Shown here: in pieces, positions 1-52,170 of the stretch | How positions within the stretch are numbered: the first letter of the stretch is position 1 | Layout of the letters: every line of letters begins with the position of its first letter | Source: Hormiphora californensis | Lineage: Eukaryota; Animalia; Ctenophora | Assembly: GCA_020137815.1 (NCBI GenBank) | Contig: CM035358.1 | Coordinates: 1,922,001 to 1,986,000, forward strand | Direction of reading: 5' to 3' | DNA length: 64,000 nucleotides | The notes under the pieces: model-generated | Databases searched by the model: none | What the model was told of the DNA's origin: nothing | What the model saw: only the letters and a program-made list of their open reading frames with translations | Translations under genes and position numbers: made by a program

Positions 1-40756
<40,756 letters not shown>

Positions 40757-41035
40757 ACAATTATTATATAATGCACTGAGAATCAATACGGGGTCTGGTG
40801 TCGCCAGATCACAGGCCACAAGACATAGAGCCATTCATGAACCTATACTATATGTATAGGTCCTATAGTATAGGTTCATGAATGGCTCTATACTTCATGA
40901 TAGCTCTATACTGGCTATCTCATTTGTTAAGATGTCTTTTGCTTTGATTTTTTACAAAAAGGGACAATTTTGTCATTCAACTGGTGAGTGCATTTGTTTT
41001 TAATCACACAAAATGTTTATATTCATTCTCATTTC

Positions 41036-41100
41036 TAATTTGTCGCCTGATGATTCGTTTCCCGTAAGGGTTTCGATGAAACAATTGTAGCGTACCAAAT
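41036..41100 (+). ncRNA. Type I minimal hammerhead ribozyme motif (Penelope-like)
   Basis: cgc-CUGAUGA(41047-53)-stem II (ucg/cga, ccc-GUAA-ggg)-GAAA-caauug-UA-gcg. Stem III is palindromic (ACAAUUGU). U-U instead of G-C at the base of stem II. Confidence 0.65.
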
Positions 41101-41169
41101 ACGTAGTTGTTTTACTTCGTTGTGTTCTTTTGTTTACCAAGTTTTTCTAAGCCTACTTTTATTTACTGT

Positions 41170-41405
41170 TACTAGTGGACCCAGGCCATTTTACGGATGG
41201 CCTAAAACTGATCGTTTTTCATATCTCTCAGTCTAGGGTACAGATTAGGAAGAGAGAAGCAGAGAGAGAAGAGAGAGATAGACATAGAGGAGAGAGAAGC
41301 TCAGAGAGCTCTCTCTCTTCTTTCTCTTCTCTAGCTCTCTCTCTCTCTAGTCTCGAAGCTCTCTACTCCTCTCTCTCTCTATCTTCTCTCATCTCTCTCC
41401 TTCTA

Positions 41406-41437
<32 letters not shown>

Positions 41438-42490
41438 CTCTCTGAGATGTGGGATCTGATACTCACTGGGATGATCTGATCGTCACTGGGGTGATCTGAT
41501 CATGGGTGGGGTGATCTGATCCTCTATGGGATGATTTGATCTTGGGTGGGGGATCTGATCCTCAGTGGGGTGATCTGATCATGCATGTGGGGTGATGTGA
41601 TCTGAACTCATGCATGTGGGGTGATGTGATCTGAACTCACCCCAGCTCTTAGCATGCTACTTGTTACGTGATCTGATCTTGATGACGACGATTTAGGGAC
41701 CACCAAACATGCATGGGTGGCCGTGGGATCAAGTTTCGGGTGTTTTTGCATTATATAGTAAGATAATTTTTGTTGTTTGATTGTTAATTTTTGTTGTTTG
41801 ATTGTTTTAATCAACAACCTCGTTTGATTTCGTATTTTCTGACAGTGGCACGGTAGCCCTCACTAAAGTTTGTAAATCATACTATTATTAAAGCAAATAG
41901 GGAAATGATGGGTGATGGTTTTTTTACCAAATATGGCACAACATTCCTGGAAATGACCCTGGCAACCTGCCAGCTTGAGCCTTAAACTGCACGTGCATCC
42001 TTGATTCATCTCTCTGCCGGTTGTGTGATTGATCGTTTGCTCGATTTGATCTGTTCACCCCCTGTTCACCACGTTTCGTGAACATGACTACTCAACTTCA
42101 ACACAATCGCCAGCGAGTTTGGAGGAGCCATATGTCCCAAACTGGCGCTGACGCCTATAGACTACGTGATAGAATCCTACAAAAGAGGGGATTATTATTC
42201 AAAAAATGTTGTCAACACACGTAATAACAAAGTATCAATGGCACTAATAAGAAATGGCAGTAATACGTGAAAGTATTTTGCATTTATGTGCTCCTTCATA
42301 AAATACTTCAGGACCTGGCAAAAGAGGACCCGTGGTTTTTCTGTCGAAGGAATCGCTGTGGTTAATTTACCTGATAAATTTACTGATTTTAAAAACTTCA
42401 AATGATACTACACTATTTGCTTAGTTTACTGTATGACCATTGACCATCCCCGACATATTCGCCCGTAGGGCGAGCGGGCTTACTAGTTGT
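41170..42490. mobile_element. Helitron-like fragments with GA/CT microsatellite and ~21-bp GGGGTGATCTGATC repeats
   Basis: TACTAGT lies next to a small hairpin at both ends (AGGCCAT..ATGGCCT ~41183; TCGCCCGTAGGGCGA ~42457). Confidence 0.4.
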
Positions 42491-42965
42491 AATAATACGG
42501 ACTGTATGGCGGCGCGATCCCTTTTATGCGCGGCGTTGTATTTGCGCGTGACAAAACGCCAAGGTCAAAACATGCCCAAATGGAGCCCGTGAAACGTTGG
42601 TTTGAATGTTTTCAGGCATCCTCTGCATTCTGTAATTTGTACATGGCCTGAACATTGGCCAATTGGTACTCACACTACCAATGCCAACTTTCCCACGGTC
42701 AGTGTAGGAAAGTTCGCACGGTGTGATGTTCGCGCACAGAACCCTCTTGATGGAGGTCCGCGCCTTCCAACACAAGACAAAACAAACACTGAGCTGCCAA
42801 CTTGGATGCAAAATGCAAATGAATTTTGTTGCAAAGATGCACAACGAATAACGAATTATCTAATAAATATCTTAAGTACAAAGGTAGGGTATAAATTAAT
42901 CAAATTTTAACAAGTAAAAGAACCCAAACATCTACCTGGTAAAGAACATATTATTCCAACTAAAA

Positions 42966-45900
42966 CTATTTTCTCAGTCCACGTATAATGTCCCCTCCCG
43001 CCTTCAATGTTTCTGAGCTCTTGGCAAAACACAGCCGAACGTACTTGTCAGATAGCTCTTTGTTAAGATTGAAGAACGGAGAGAGGGGTATGGTAGCTAA
43101 CTTGTGGTGCTCCATTAGATACTTGCTGCACTGCACATCATACATCTCCTGGGAAAAGGATTTGAGACTTTACAACACAATTTGAATTCTGAAGAAGACC
43201 GGAATGTTTTTCCCTACATGTCTACCGGTATATCACCATCATACTAACCATACGCCTCATAAACTTAGGCCACACCACTCCAATCCCTTTGGATTGTGTG
43301 AACCTATGTGTGAAATAATTACCTCAGACGTGTCGAACTCCAGCCCGAGAGGTGTGGTATCAAGCATCATAAAATAACCACCGTAAGGTTTAACAAATGG
43401 TAGACCGGCATCTATCGCTGCCTCACTCAGAATCTCAGACCCCTCTTGCATTATCTGTGGGAGGGAAGGGAACTAAAGAAACTAATTGGGGGGAGAGCCG
43501 AGAGGAGGAACTTGAAACTTTGAACCGTATAAGTTTTTAGAAGTAGCAACACTGAGAAGAAGTGGTTCCGAAATAAACAGAAGACCCCATACCTTTGGAA
43601 GTTGGGTGTAGTAAGCTGCCTCTGTTCCCTTTAGTTCCACTTCTCTCTCGATACACCGGGCCACAACATCTGAATATAAGATAAGGAGTGAAACATTTCG
43701 AGAGAAGGGGTGCTCTCTTAGGTGGGGCAGTAACTTTTGGGTAGACTAGACTAGTCTACCCAAAAGTTACTCCCCCCCACTGTAACGGTTTAAAAAGAAC
43801 TGTCAGATAATATCTAACACAAAATGACCCCTGATTCAGCTCTGAAGTCTGAGGGGTAATTTCGTTACCACAAAACTACAAACTACATCTAAAACATGTG
43901 TAAGTTTATACTAACCCTGTGTAATGGTTGGTGCACTATACACCTGTGTAATGGTTGGTGCACTATATACTAACCCTGTGTAATGGTTGGTGCACTATAC
44001 ACCTGTGTAATGGTTGGTGCACTATATACTAACCCTGTGTAATGGTTGGTGCACTATACACGACTGTTTGGTGCATGGCCTGTACTCTCTTTATCAGCTC
44101 CTCAGGCCCAACTGCCCACCCTAACTTGTATCCAGTCATAGAGAAGCTCTTGCCAGCACTTCCTGAGAGAGAGGGATGGAAATGTGAAAGAAATGTTGTT
44201 CGATCAGATGGCATGGTTCCGACTACGTATTTATTGAAGGAGACAATATGTATACAATGGTATGGATTGAAAAGAGATGTTGTCAGTAGGTGCAAAGTTA
44301 AATATATTTGACTGTATGACGCATAAATAACACATAAATATTACACATGAATATGACACATACCAATGGTGATGGTCCTATCCCATGCACCGGGTATGTT
44401 TGCAATACGAACGTGCTCCTCGCCCGGAAATACACACCTCTCATAAACCTGGATAGTGGAGAACTGTGTTAGAACATGTTAGACATGTTAGAATGACATG
44501 TTAGAATTACGTCTTAGAAAGATCGTTTGTATATTGGAAAGACAGGTAACTTAGGTAAAATAGACATTTTTTAGACAGGGACACTGTATAGTGTATACAA
44601 CCCCCTCTGAAATCTACAACCCCGACTCCCTCAATAAATCAGGGGACCAACTGTTAAATACCTCGTCACTGATGATTAGAGCGTTGTGTTTCTCACAAGT
44701 CCGTGCTATGAACTCCATCTCTTCCTCCGTGAATAACTTTCCTGGAAATTATTATTATTAGTTGGAATTTATTGAAATCACACCAAGCAGACGGAGCTAT
44801 CTATAAGCTCTATAAGCTCTCTATATAATTGTTCAGATATGAGTTGAGAAGAGGCTCTAAGCGATGCACGTCTGGCTCAACGTTTCCTCGCTGCTTTGTG
44901 AGTTGTCATTGTCAGAAACTCTCTCGCCTGGCTCTCACTTGCTCCCTTTCTCTATAATATATTGCTATATTCTTGTTGTGCAGTGTTCTAACCCTCCCTT
45001 TACACAGTCTAGCTAGGCAAGCTACAACTTGGCAAAATAAGAGTTGTTTCTCTCCATACAGAGCGAGAACTCTTATTTCCTCAATAGACAGAAAAGCTAA
45101 AGATAGAAAGATAGAGAGCAAGACATTTATTTTCCTAGATGTGTTTAGCTTTGCCGGTCTTCAAGGTGGGAGGATAAACCCCACTCGTATATATTAGACC
45201 AGTCATATGATGTCGGTTTTGGACCAAAAAAAAACATTATTGATCTAAATGTGATTCTACTTCTAGGGCACTCCAATAGGTCCCTAGAACCACCAAAAAA
45301 ATTTGTCACTCTTCATCAAATGAATAAATTGGGTTTTTGGGCCACGCGCTTTAACCTGTATTTTTAGTCATGTGGTTAAAACTATAAACCATCTTAGGAA
45401 ACGAGTAGAGAAGAAACTAAGGGCACTAAAGCGTATAGCGTCCTCGCATTAGTGGGGGTAGGTGCTGGAATTAAGTCTCTATCTCATCTGGTTAATTAGA
45501 TAATTGGATAATTGGGTATGCGCATAACCGTTTTTTGGCTATATGGCTATAGCCACTTAGGAATGGTTTAGAGACTTTTCACTGGTGCCATTTTGTAGGC
45601 AATGGCCAAGTTATGGGGGGTCGACGTCGGACTTTTAAGCTCTATCTCCAACCGTTTAGCCGTTATTTCGATTCAAAGGTGCTGGAAATGAGCAAAAAAC
45701 GGTAAAAAGCCTGATTTTTGCTCATTTTCAGCACCTTTGAATCGAAATAACGGCTAAACGGTTGGAGATAGAGCTTAAAAGTCCGACGTCGACCCCCCAT
45801 AACTTGGCCATTGCCTACAAAATGGCACCAGTGAAAAGTCTCTAAACCATTTCTAAGTGGCTATAGCCATATAGCCAAAAAACGGTTATGCGCATACCTA

Positions 45901-48900
45901 ATTATCCAATTATCTAATTAACCAAATGAGATAGAGACTTAATTCCGGCACCTACCCCCACTAATGCGAGGACGCTACACACTTTAGTGCCCTTAATTTC
46001 TTCTCTACTCGTTTCCTAAGATGGTTTATAGTTTTAACCACATGACTGAAAATACAGGTAAAAGGGCGTGGCGCAAAAACCCAATTTATTCATTTAGTGA
46101 AGAGTGACAAATTTTTTTGGTGGTTCTAGGGACCTATTGGAGTGCCCTAGAAGTGGAATCACATTTAGATCAATTATGTTCCCTATCATGCATCATATGA
46201 CTGGTCTATATAGTCTTTATGTGTTTATTTGAATTAAAAAATCAAAGTAATGCGACCTGGATTTACCTTGTATTGTTCATACAGCACAACATTTACCGAT
46301 AGGATTGTGAGGGGTATTAACCATACAAATCTTAGTTTTATCCGTGAATGCAGCCTCAAATTCCGCTTTATCAAGAGCCCAATTGTTTCCATCCGATGGG
46401 TTATCACCAGGTCGGAGGGGCACAAAGACGGGTTTACCCCCACATACCTCCACCACCACAGAGTAGCTGTCGAAGTGAGGCTCTATCAGGACCACCTGGG
46501 GGATACATGTGGATTATTTAAAATATAAATTATAAGTAAGATTAGAAATATAAACGAGTAGAAAAGTAAATGGACGAGATCGCATACAAGGAAATCAAAT
46601 CATTATTCCATCTACATCATCCCTGCTAATATTGGAGTAGACAACATTAAATTCAAGATCCCATATAATGACCCACATGTTGCCACATGGAAATTAGCTC
46701 TCCAGGGGCCCGGAGTTGTTTAGTAAGGGGTACTCTACCCCTTACTCAACAAGTGGAGAGAGATCGAGAGATTGGCGCCTTGTTAGGTAAGCACAGAAAA
46801 GATCTGCTCCTGCCTAACGAATGAAAGAAATAAAACACGAACCCACTCTGAATTTGCCTTGTTCGACCCTCCCTCCCCGCGCCCCGTTTGAACAAAACAA
46901 CTCTGAATATGATTTGGAAAGGGAGAAAGAGACTAATAAATAATGCAAGAGGTACTTATTTAGTATAAAGAACAAAGAGCTGCCTTTGTGGCCAGGTACT
47001 CGAAGTAGAAGTTAAGAGCTATTACTTAGTTCAATCGCAGTAGCTTTTCTCTCCCTCATCTCCATTTCTTTCTCTCGTGCAGTGCCAGATTTGCAACCAC
47101 CCTCCTTCGCTCCCTTAGCAAACGCGAAACTGTGCCCTCTTTTTAGTTAGAAAAACATGAGCCAGTGCCCAGTTATCATTATTTAGTATGTTAAATTGTA
47201 GACAGTTAGCTGCTTGGTCAATTGACATATTATATGTCAATTGACCAAGCAGCAACTGATATATTGCTACCTATAATGTGAGACTCTAAAGAAAGCTCTT
47301 TTCTAGAAATGTCGTGTTTCCTTCTTCTTCTGGTTTTCTTTCAACTGAACGTCGTCCAATCGGAAGGTAGGTAATGTGCATTAATAATCTGTTTTAAGTA
47401 TTAAGTTAAACCTTGGAGTGGGGGCCACTGTTGGACCTCCGAACTGGTCTCGCGTGTGGGGGGGGGGGGGGTATTAAGTTAAAGTTAATTAAGTTGTTAT
47501 CATATAAATTATTTCAGAATGGACTGCCGTTCAACGTGGCAAGTATATTGAGTTTGATCTTGAGGGAAATGATCTCAAAATTAAGGCAAATGCCACATAC
47601 GGTAGCGAGAAGAAAATTTACATCGTCCCCTATACGGCAGATGAAGCTATGATCACCCAACTTGTCATAGCATACCGGACATCTGGTTTGGGTTATGCCG
47701 TTGGTTCTTGCACGGTTATGAATCCCGTGTTTTCAAATCAACCAACACTCCAAGATGGGTTAGATTTGTGGACAATCACAAAATCTTCGACACACGTCGG
47801 CTTTTGGTATTTCTCAACTCTGCTGCTGGAGTTCGCCTTCGCGGATGGCCAATCGCAGTGCTCGGGGCAAGTAGGAGGTGACATTGTTGATAAGATTATG
47901 TTTTCAACCGGCGGAGACACAGCGAGTGTTTCCTACTATTGTTATGATTGTACTACTCCAACAATAGGTATATCTCATAAAATAACCATGCTTCAAGGAT
48001 CATTAAAATAGGTTAAAATAAGGCGAGAAGGTTAAAAAGAATAGAGTTTCCACACCTGGCGTTTTTCAACATCGTTTGCCCAACCAAATGACTTCACCAG
48101 GGTTTAGGCCATACAAAATGGAAGGGGAATTTCAAGCCCCATCGAATGGCGAAGGTTTGAAGTCTTTATTTTATCAGGAACAGGAGTTATGAGCCAAAAC
48201 GTGAAAAGTCGATCTTGAAAAGCTTTTTCTTGCGTGTTTTTTGAAAAACGAAATTGGTGTGGTGCACATTTTTTTGCGCATACCACGCTAGTATCTCCCA
48301 CTAAGATGGACACGACAAAATGCACCCGCGCGCAAACGGCCTGGGAGAAAAACGGTGCCAATCCTTGGCCCGATATCAATCCAAACCACACCACTTCAGG
48401 ACCGGTACCCAACTCCCGTTTTGGCGTTCATAAAATGTTCATTCGGGCGAAAAAAAAAAGAATTTTCATCCAGAGGGCTGAAACTCCGGATTCCTCGAAT
48501 GAGTAACCATACAAATATTGTGACAAAATATCAGAGTGATTGAAATTAAATTTCTAGGAGAAAAGAAGGCCAACGTACCCTTAGTTTTTTTGGGCGGTGC
48601 AGTACCTAGAGAAAATTGGAGGGGGGGAAGATAATGTAAAACAGACAGAATGGATTAGGCCAGATTATTGTGCATGTAATTGCATGGCGCTACGAGGACA
48701 ATAACCCGAGAGAGGGAGGGGAATCGGGATGATGGAGCACCACAAATAGCATTCTTTTCTTATGGAGACCAGTCACCAGTGTTTTTCTTGTTCTTCTCTC
48801 CTTATTATTAACTCGCTATTCCATCTTTAGCAATGTTTAATATAGCTCTAGTGTTGGCCGCCCTACTGAGCCCTACCGCAGGGACCACATCTCAACTAGA

Positions 48901-51710
48901 GGTCACCTCCGTGTCTGCTAAAACGCTAGACTACAACCCGAGTTACAGCCCTGAGAAGATCCTGGATGGGGACCCGGATACTTTCTACCACTCTGCAGAC
49001 TCTAAACACTTTACTGAGCAGTGGTTGTGGTTGGAGTTAACCCGTCCTGGTTATGTTTATCAAGTTGCTATTAATAACAGGTAAACACCCATGAAGTGAC
49101 CTGCTTGTGGTAGTTTGGTTGATGGGTTAAAGTGAGAGTGGACCGAATCAGAATTGGACAATTTTGTTGTAGGTGGTAGAGATTAGCTTTCTGAGCATTT
49201 TGCGTTTTTGCCGCTCAAAATCGACCCACCCATCACTGAGATATTTTTGTTATGTTGGGAGAATTCCTGCTACATCAATATTTATCAAACAGGATAGAAA
49301 CAATCCTTGTGTTTTACTAACACATTCTTTAAATTTTCAATATGCTAACTTGCATTGTTCTGCTTCTGTGCATGGACATGTCAACCTCACTGCTAATAGT
49401 TAGTAAGTGTTAGTAAAACACGATGATTGTTTATATTCTGTTTTATACATACTGATTAAACAGGAGTTCTCCCAACATAACAAAAATATCTCAGTGATGG
49501 ATGGCTCGATTTTGATCGGCAAAAACGCAAAATGCTCAGAGAGCTAATCTCTACTACCTACAACAAACTTGTCCAATTCTGATTCGGTCCACTCTCACTT
49601 TAAAGTCGGATTTTTTGAAACTGTCACCCCAAAATGACGCGCATGTGAAATTTATCAATTTTGACGCGCACACCACACGTTAACATGTGATGTGACGCGC
49701 AAAAACATTCCGCGCACGAAAAGAGGGGTGACAGTTTCAAAAAATCCGACTTTAGCTTAAATTCGCCTTCACAATATAATAATTTCAGGTTGGAAAACCA
49801 GAATAGAAATGCCAGTGACACTATTTACAAGGCCATGCGAGATAGAATAATCGGCACCAAGGTTGTTCTAATTGGTTACCATGACAACACCACGTGTGGC
49901 TGGATAAACCAGACACAAGAGGACGCACGATCAGTTCAGGACCAGACTTATTCTCTAATGTGTGGTGGGTGGGAGACTATAACAAGAGCGATATGGTTGC
50001 TAGACCGATCACCGGAGGGTGGTTTTGATGGATCTATTGTTATTATGAATATCGCAGGAGTAACTGTAACCCGTAAGTATTCTGGGAGGTTTATGGTGAC
50101 CTACTGACCCGTAAGTATTCTGGGAGGTTCATGGTGACCTACTGACCCGTAAGTATTCTGGGAGGTTCAAGGTGACCTACTAACCCGTAAGTATTCTGGG
50201 AGGTTCGTGGTGACCTACTGACCCGTAAGTATTCTGGGAGGTTCATGGTGACCTACTGACCCGTAAGTATTCTGGGAGGTTGGGCATGCAGGTATGGGGA
50301 AGGGGCACTTTTTAGTTTGTGACCCACATTTAGTGAGATAGTTCCAAGTTTTAAACGCAGAACACACAGGGTCTGTTGTTTAATTCCGGAAATCTCTCTA
50401 AATATGTACAATCTCAAAAAAAGTGGTCCTGAGGTTAAAAATTCCGACAAAAGTTGAAAAAACGCCACTTTGAAAATAGGCTGTAGCAAAAATATGAATT
50501 CGACTTTAGGGCTAAAATTGCATATTTGAGGTCCATTTTGTATGGCCTAAACCCTGGTGAAGTCATTTGGTTGGGCAAACTATGTTGAAAAACGCCAGGT
50601 GTACCCTTAAAATACTGTTTTTTATGACCTAGATATCTGATTACCCCCCCGCCCCCCCCCCCCCCCTTTAGTACCCCCGAAAGAGCCTAACAGTGCTGCT
50701 TGTAGTCAAATTACCGTAATGAAAATACAGTAAGGAGACGCGCACGGTGCATAACGCGCGGCAAAAAGTTCATGTGTCAGCACGTACTAGCACCCTGATT
50801 GGTCACGGTTGCACGTCGTCTTACTATATCTTCCGTTTTCCATTACCGTTTTCCCACTACAAGCGACCGTGTAAAGATAAAAATGTTTCACGCGACCCAC
50901 GACGGCAGAATAAAGGTTAGAACAAATCAATTATCAAGACCTCTCTCACCACGCCCCTAGTAAAAGGAGGGTATTAGAACAAATCAAGAAATGTAATTAC
51001 CTCATCGCCGGGATTAATGAAAGCGGTGAGTGAGTTGTAGAGAGCCTCGTAGGCTCCAACCGCTGTCATTACTTCAGTCATGGCATCAATGTTACGGTTA
51101 AAATCGGGGCTGTACATTTTAGAGATGGCAGTTACTAGAGGAGGATAACCCTGCCCACGGGTGTACCTGGATCATGCGGCTCATAAACAATTATCCGATA
51201 CTTATCCCGTTTGAATTATTTGATTTAAATTCTTTGATTGATGACTAATTTGTAACACGTCTCCGCTCCAGTGAGCAGTTTAGACACGTAATACAAAGTC
51301 TGGTGGGCCTGAGTTGGCTAACTAAAAAGTCATACCAGTGAGCGAGGGGGAGATCAATCGCCTCTTGCCAGAGCTCCTTGAGAAACTGAGGTGTTGTAAA
51401 GTCAGGAAACCCCTGGCCCAGATTTACTGCTTTGTGTTTTACTGCCAGAGCAGAGTACTCCACCCACAGATTCTTCTCATGACCCTGAAATAAACAAAAT
51501 AAGTAAATTAGTAGCCCACCAAATGTCTCAGTGTGAGCTTCAGAAATTGTTAAAATGATATGTTTCAACTTTGTCAGATCTACATCTTTACAATATTTGT
51601 TTTACATACTTAGAAAGACTTACAATAATTCGTTTGTTGGGTGCAATAGAGCTAAGGTATTTTGATGTCTGATCTCTGAGACAACGGCCTCGTAACGCAT
51701 GCTTTATCAT
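42966..51710 (-). CDS. KYAT3: Kynurenine aminotransferase (KYAT1/KYAT3 family, class I PLP aminotransferase), ~10 exons
   Basis: Motifs AVNLGQGFPDF (~51400), YTRGQGYPPL and VGAYEAL (51001-51166), IEPHFDSY and NTPHNPIG (46293-46496), ISDE/VYE, RTITIG, SAGKSFSMTGYKLGW (PLP lysine, ~44150), GGYFMM and VRLCFAK. TAG at 42966-42968. Putative first exon 51624-51710. KYAT1 versus KYAT3 is not resolvable by eye. Confidence 0.93.
45195..46208. mobile_element. ~1-kb near-perfect palindromic (foldback) element in a KYAT intron
   Basis: TAGACCAGTCATATGATG.../...CATCATATGACTGGTCTA, with ~480-bp arms meeting near 45705. Confidence 0.85.
47309..48011 (+). CDS. Nested gene: signal peptide plus a ~150-aa Cys-containing extracellular domain of unknown function
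   Basis: Exon 47309-47366 (MSCFLLLLVFFQLNVVQSE) splices in phase to an exon from 47518 (EWTAVQRGKYIEFDLE...LWTITKS...DTASVSYY). It lies antisense inside a KYAT intron. Confidence 0.7.
48053..48582. mobile_element. MITE with GTACCCT end; an inverted partial copy lies at ~50300-50607
   Basis: 48053-48122 is the reverse complement of ~50533-50602. Confidence 0.6.
48833..50072 (+). CDS. Nested secreted F5/8C-discoidin / F-type lectin-like domain protein
   Basis: Signal-like MFNIALVLAALLSPTAG, then SPEKILDGDPDTFYHS...QWLWLEL...VYQVAINNR (48833-49080). An in-phase exon 49789-50072 follows (DRIIGTKV...CG...YSLMC...MNIAGVTV). The 3' end is uncertain. Confidence 0.72.
49131..49599. mobile_element. 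Palindromic TTAA-flanked MITE (Kolobok-like)
   Basis: TTAA|AGTGAGAGTGGACCGAATCAGAATTGGAC...GTCCAATTCTGATTCGGTCCACTCTCACT|TTAA. Confidence 0.75.
49604..49751. mobile_element. Second TTAA-type MITE abutting the previous one (relative at ~10156-10290)
   Basis: AGTCGGATTTTTTGAAACTGTCACCCC / GGGGTGACAGTTTCAAAAAATCCGACT terminal inverted repeats. Confidence 0.7.
50068..50281 (+). repeat. 38-bp tandem repeat of a donor site (ACCC|GTAAGTATTCTGGGAGG...) x6
   Basis: Direct reading. Confidence 0.9.
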
Positions 51711-51871
51711 TCTGTCGGAGATTATTATTCGTTGTGTCGTTATTTTACACTTTATCCGTGCTCCGTACAAATCTAACTATTAATATCTGAGTCTCAATAT
51801 ACCAACTGAATAAGTTGATGTGTTGCCAAGCTGGATATATATTGAATCCCAGGATGATAATTTTATTGTAA

Positions 51872-52048
51872 TACAGTCGGACCCCGATTTAGGGACACCC
51901 TCGGGGGAAAGGCTCTTGTCCACTAAATCGGGGTGTCCACTAAATCGGGGTCAAATAAGGTTAATTTCCTATATCGGGGGAAAAAAATCCTGTCCCTAAA
52001 TCGGGGTGCCACTAAATCGGGGGCCCCTAAATCGGGGTCCGACTGTAT
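51872..52048. mobile_element. Tc1/mariner-type MITE between KYAT and SNAPC3
   Basis: TACAGTCGGACCCCGATTTAG...CTAAATCGGGGTCCGACTGTA terminal inverted repeats. Confidence 0.8.
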
Positions 52049-52170
52049 GTATAATTTCTCAATTGCTCATACCACACCGTTTAGGAAATCGGATTAAAAA
52101 CAGCTCTTATGTGTTTCTGAAAGAATTAAAAAAATTAAATAAATACAAGAATAAAATTAAGTCCCGTCTT

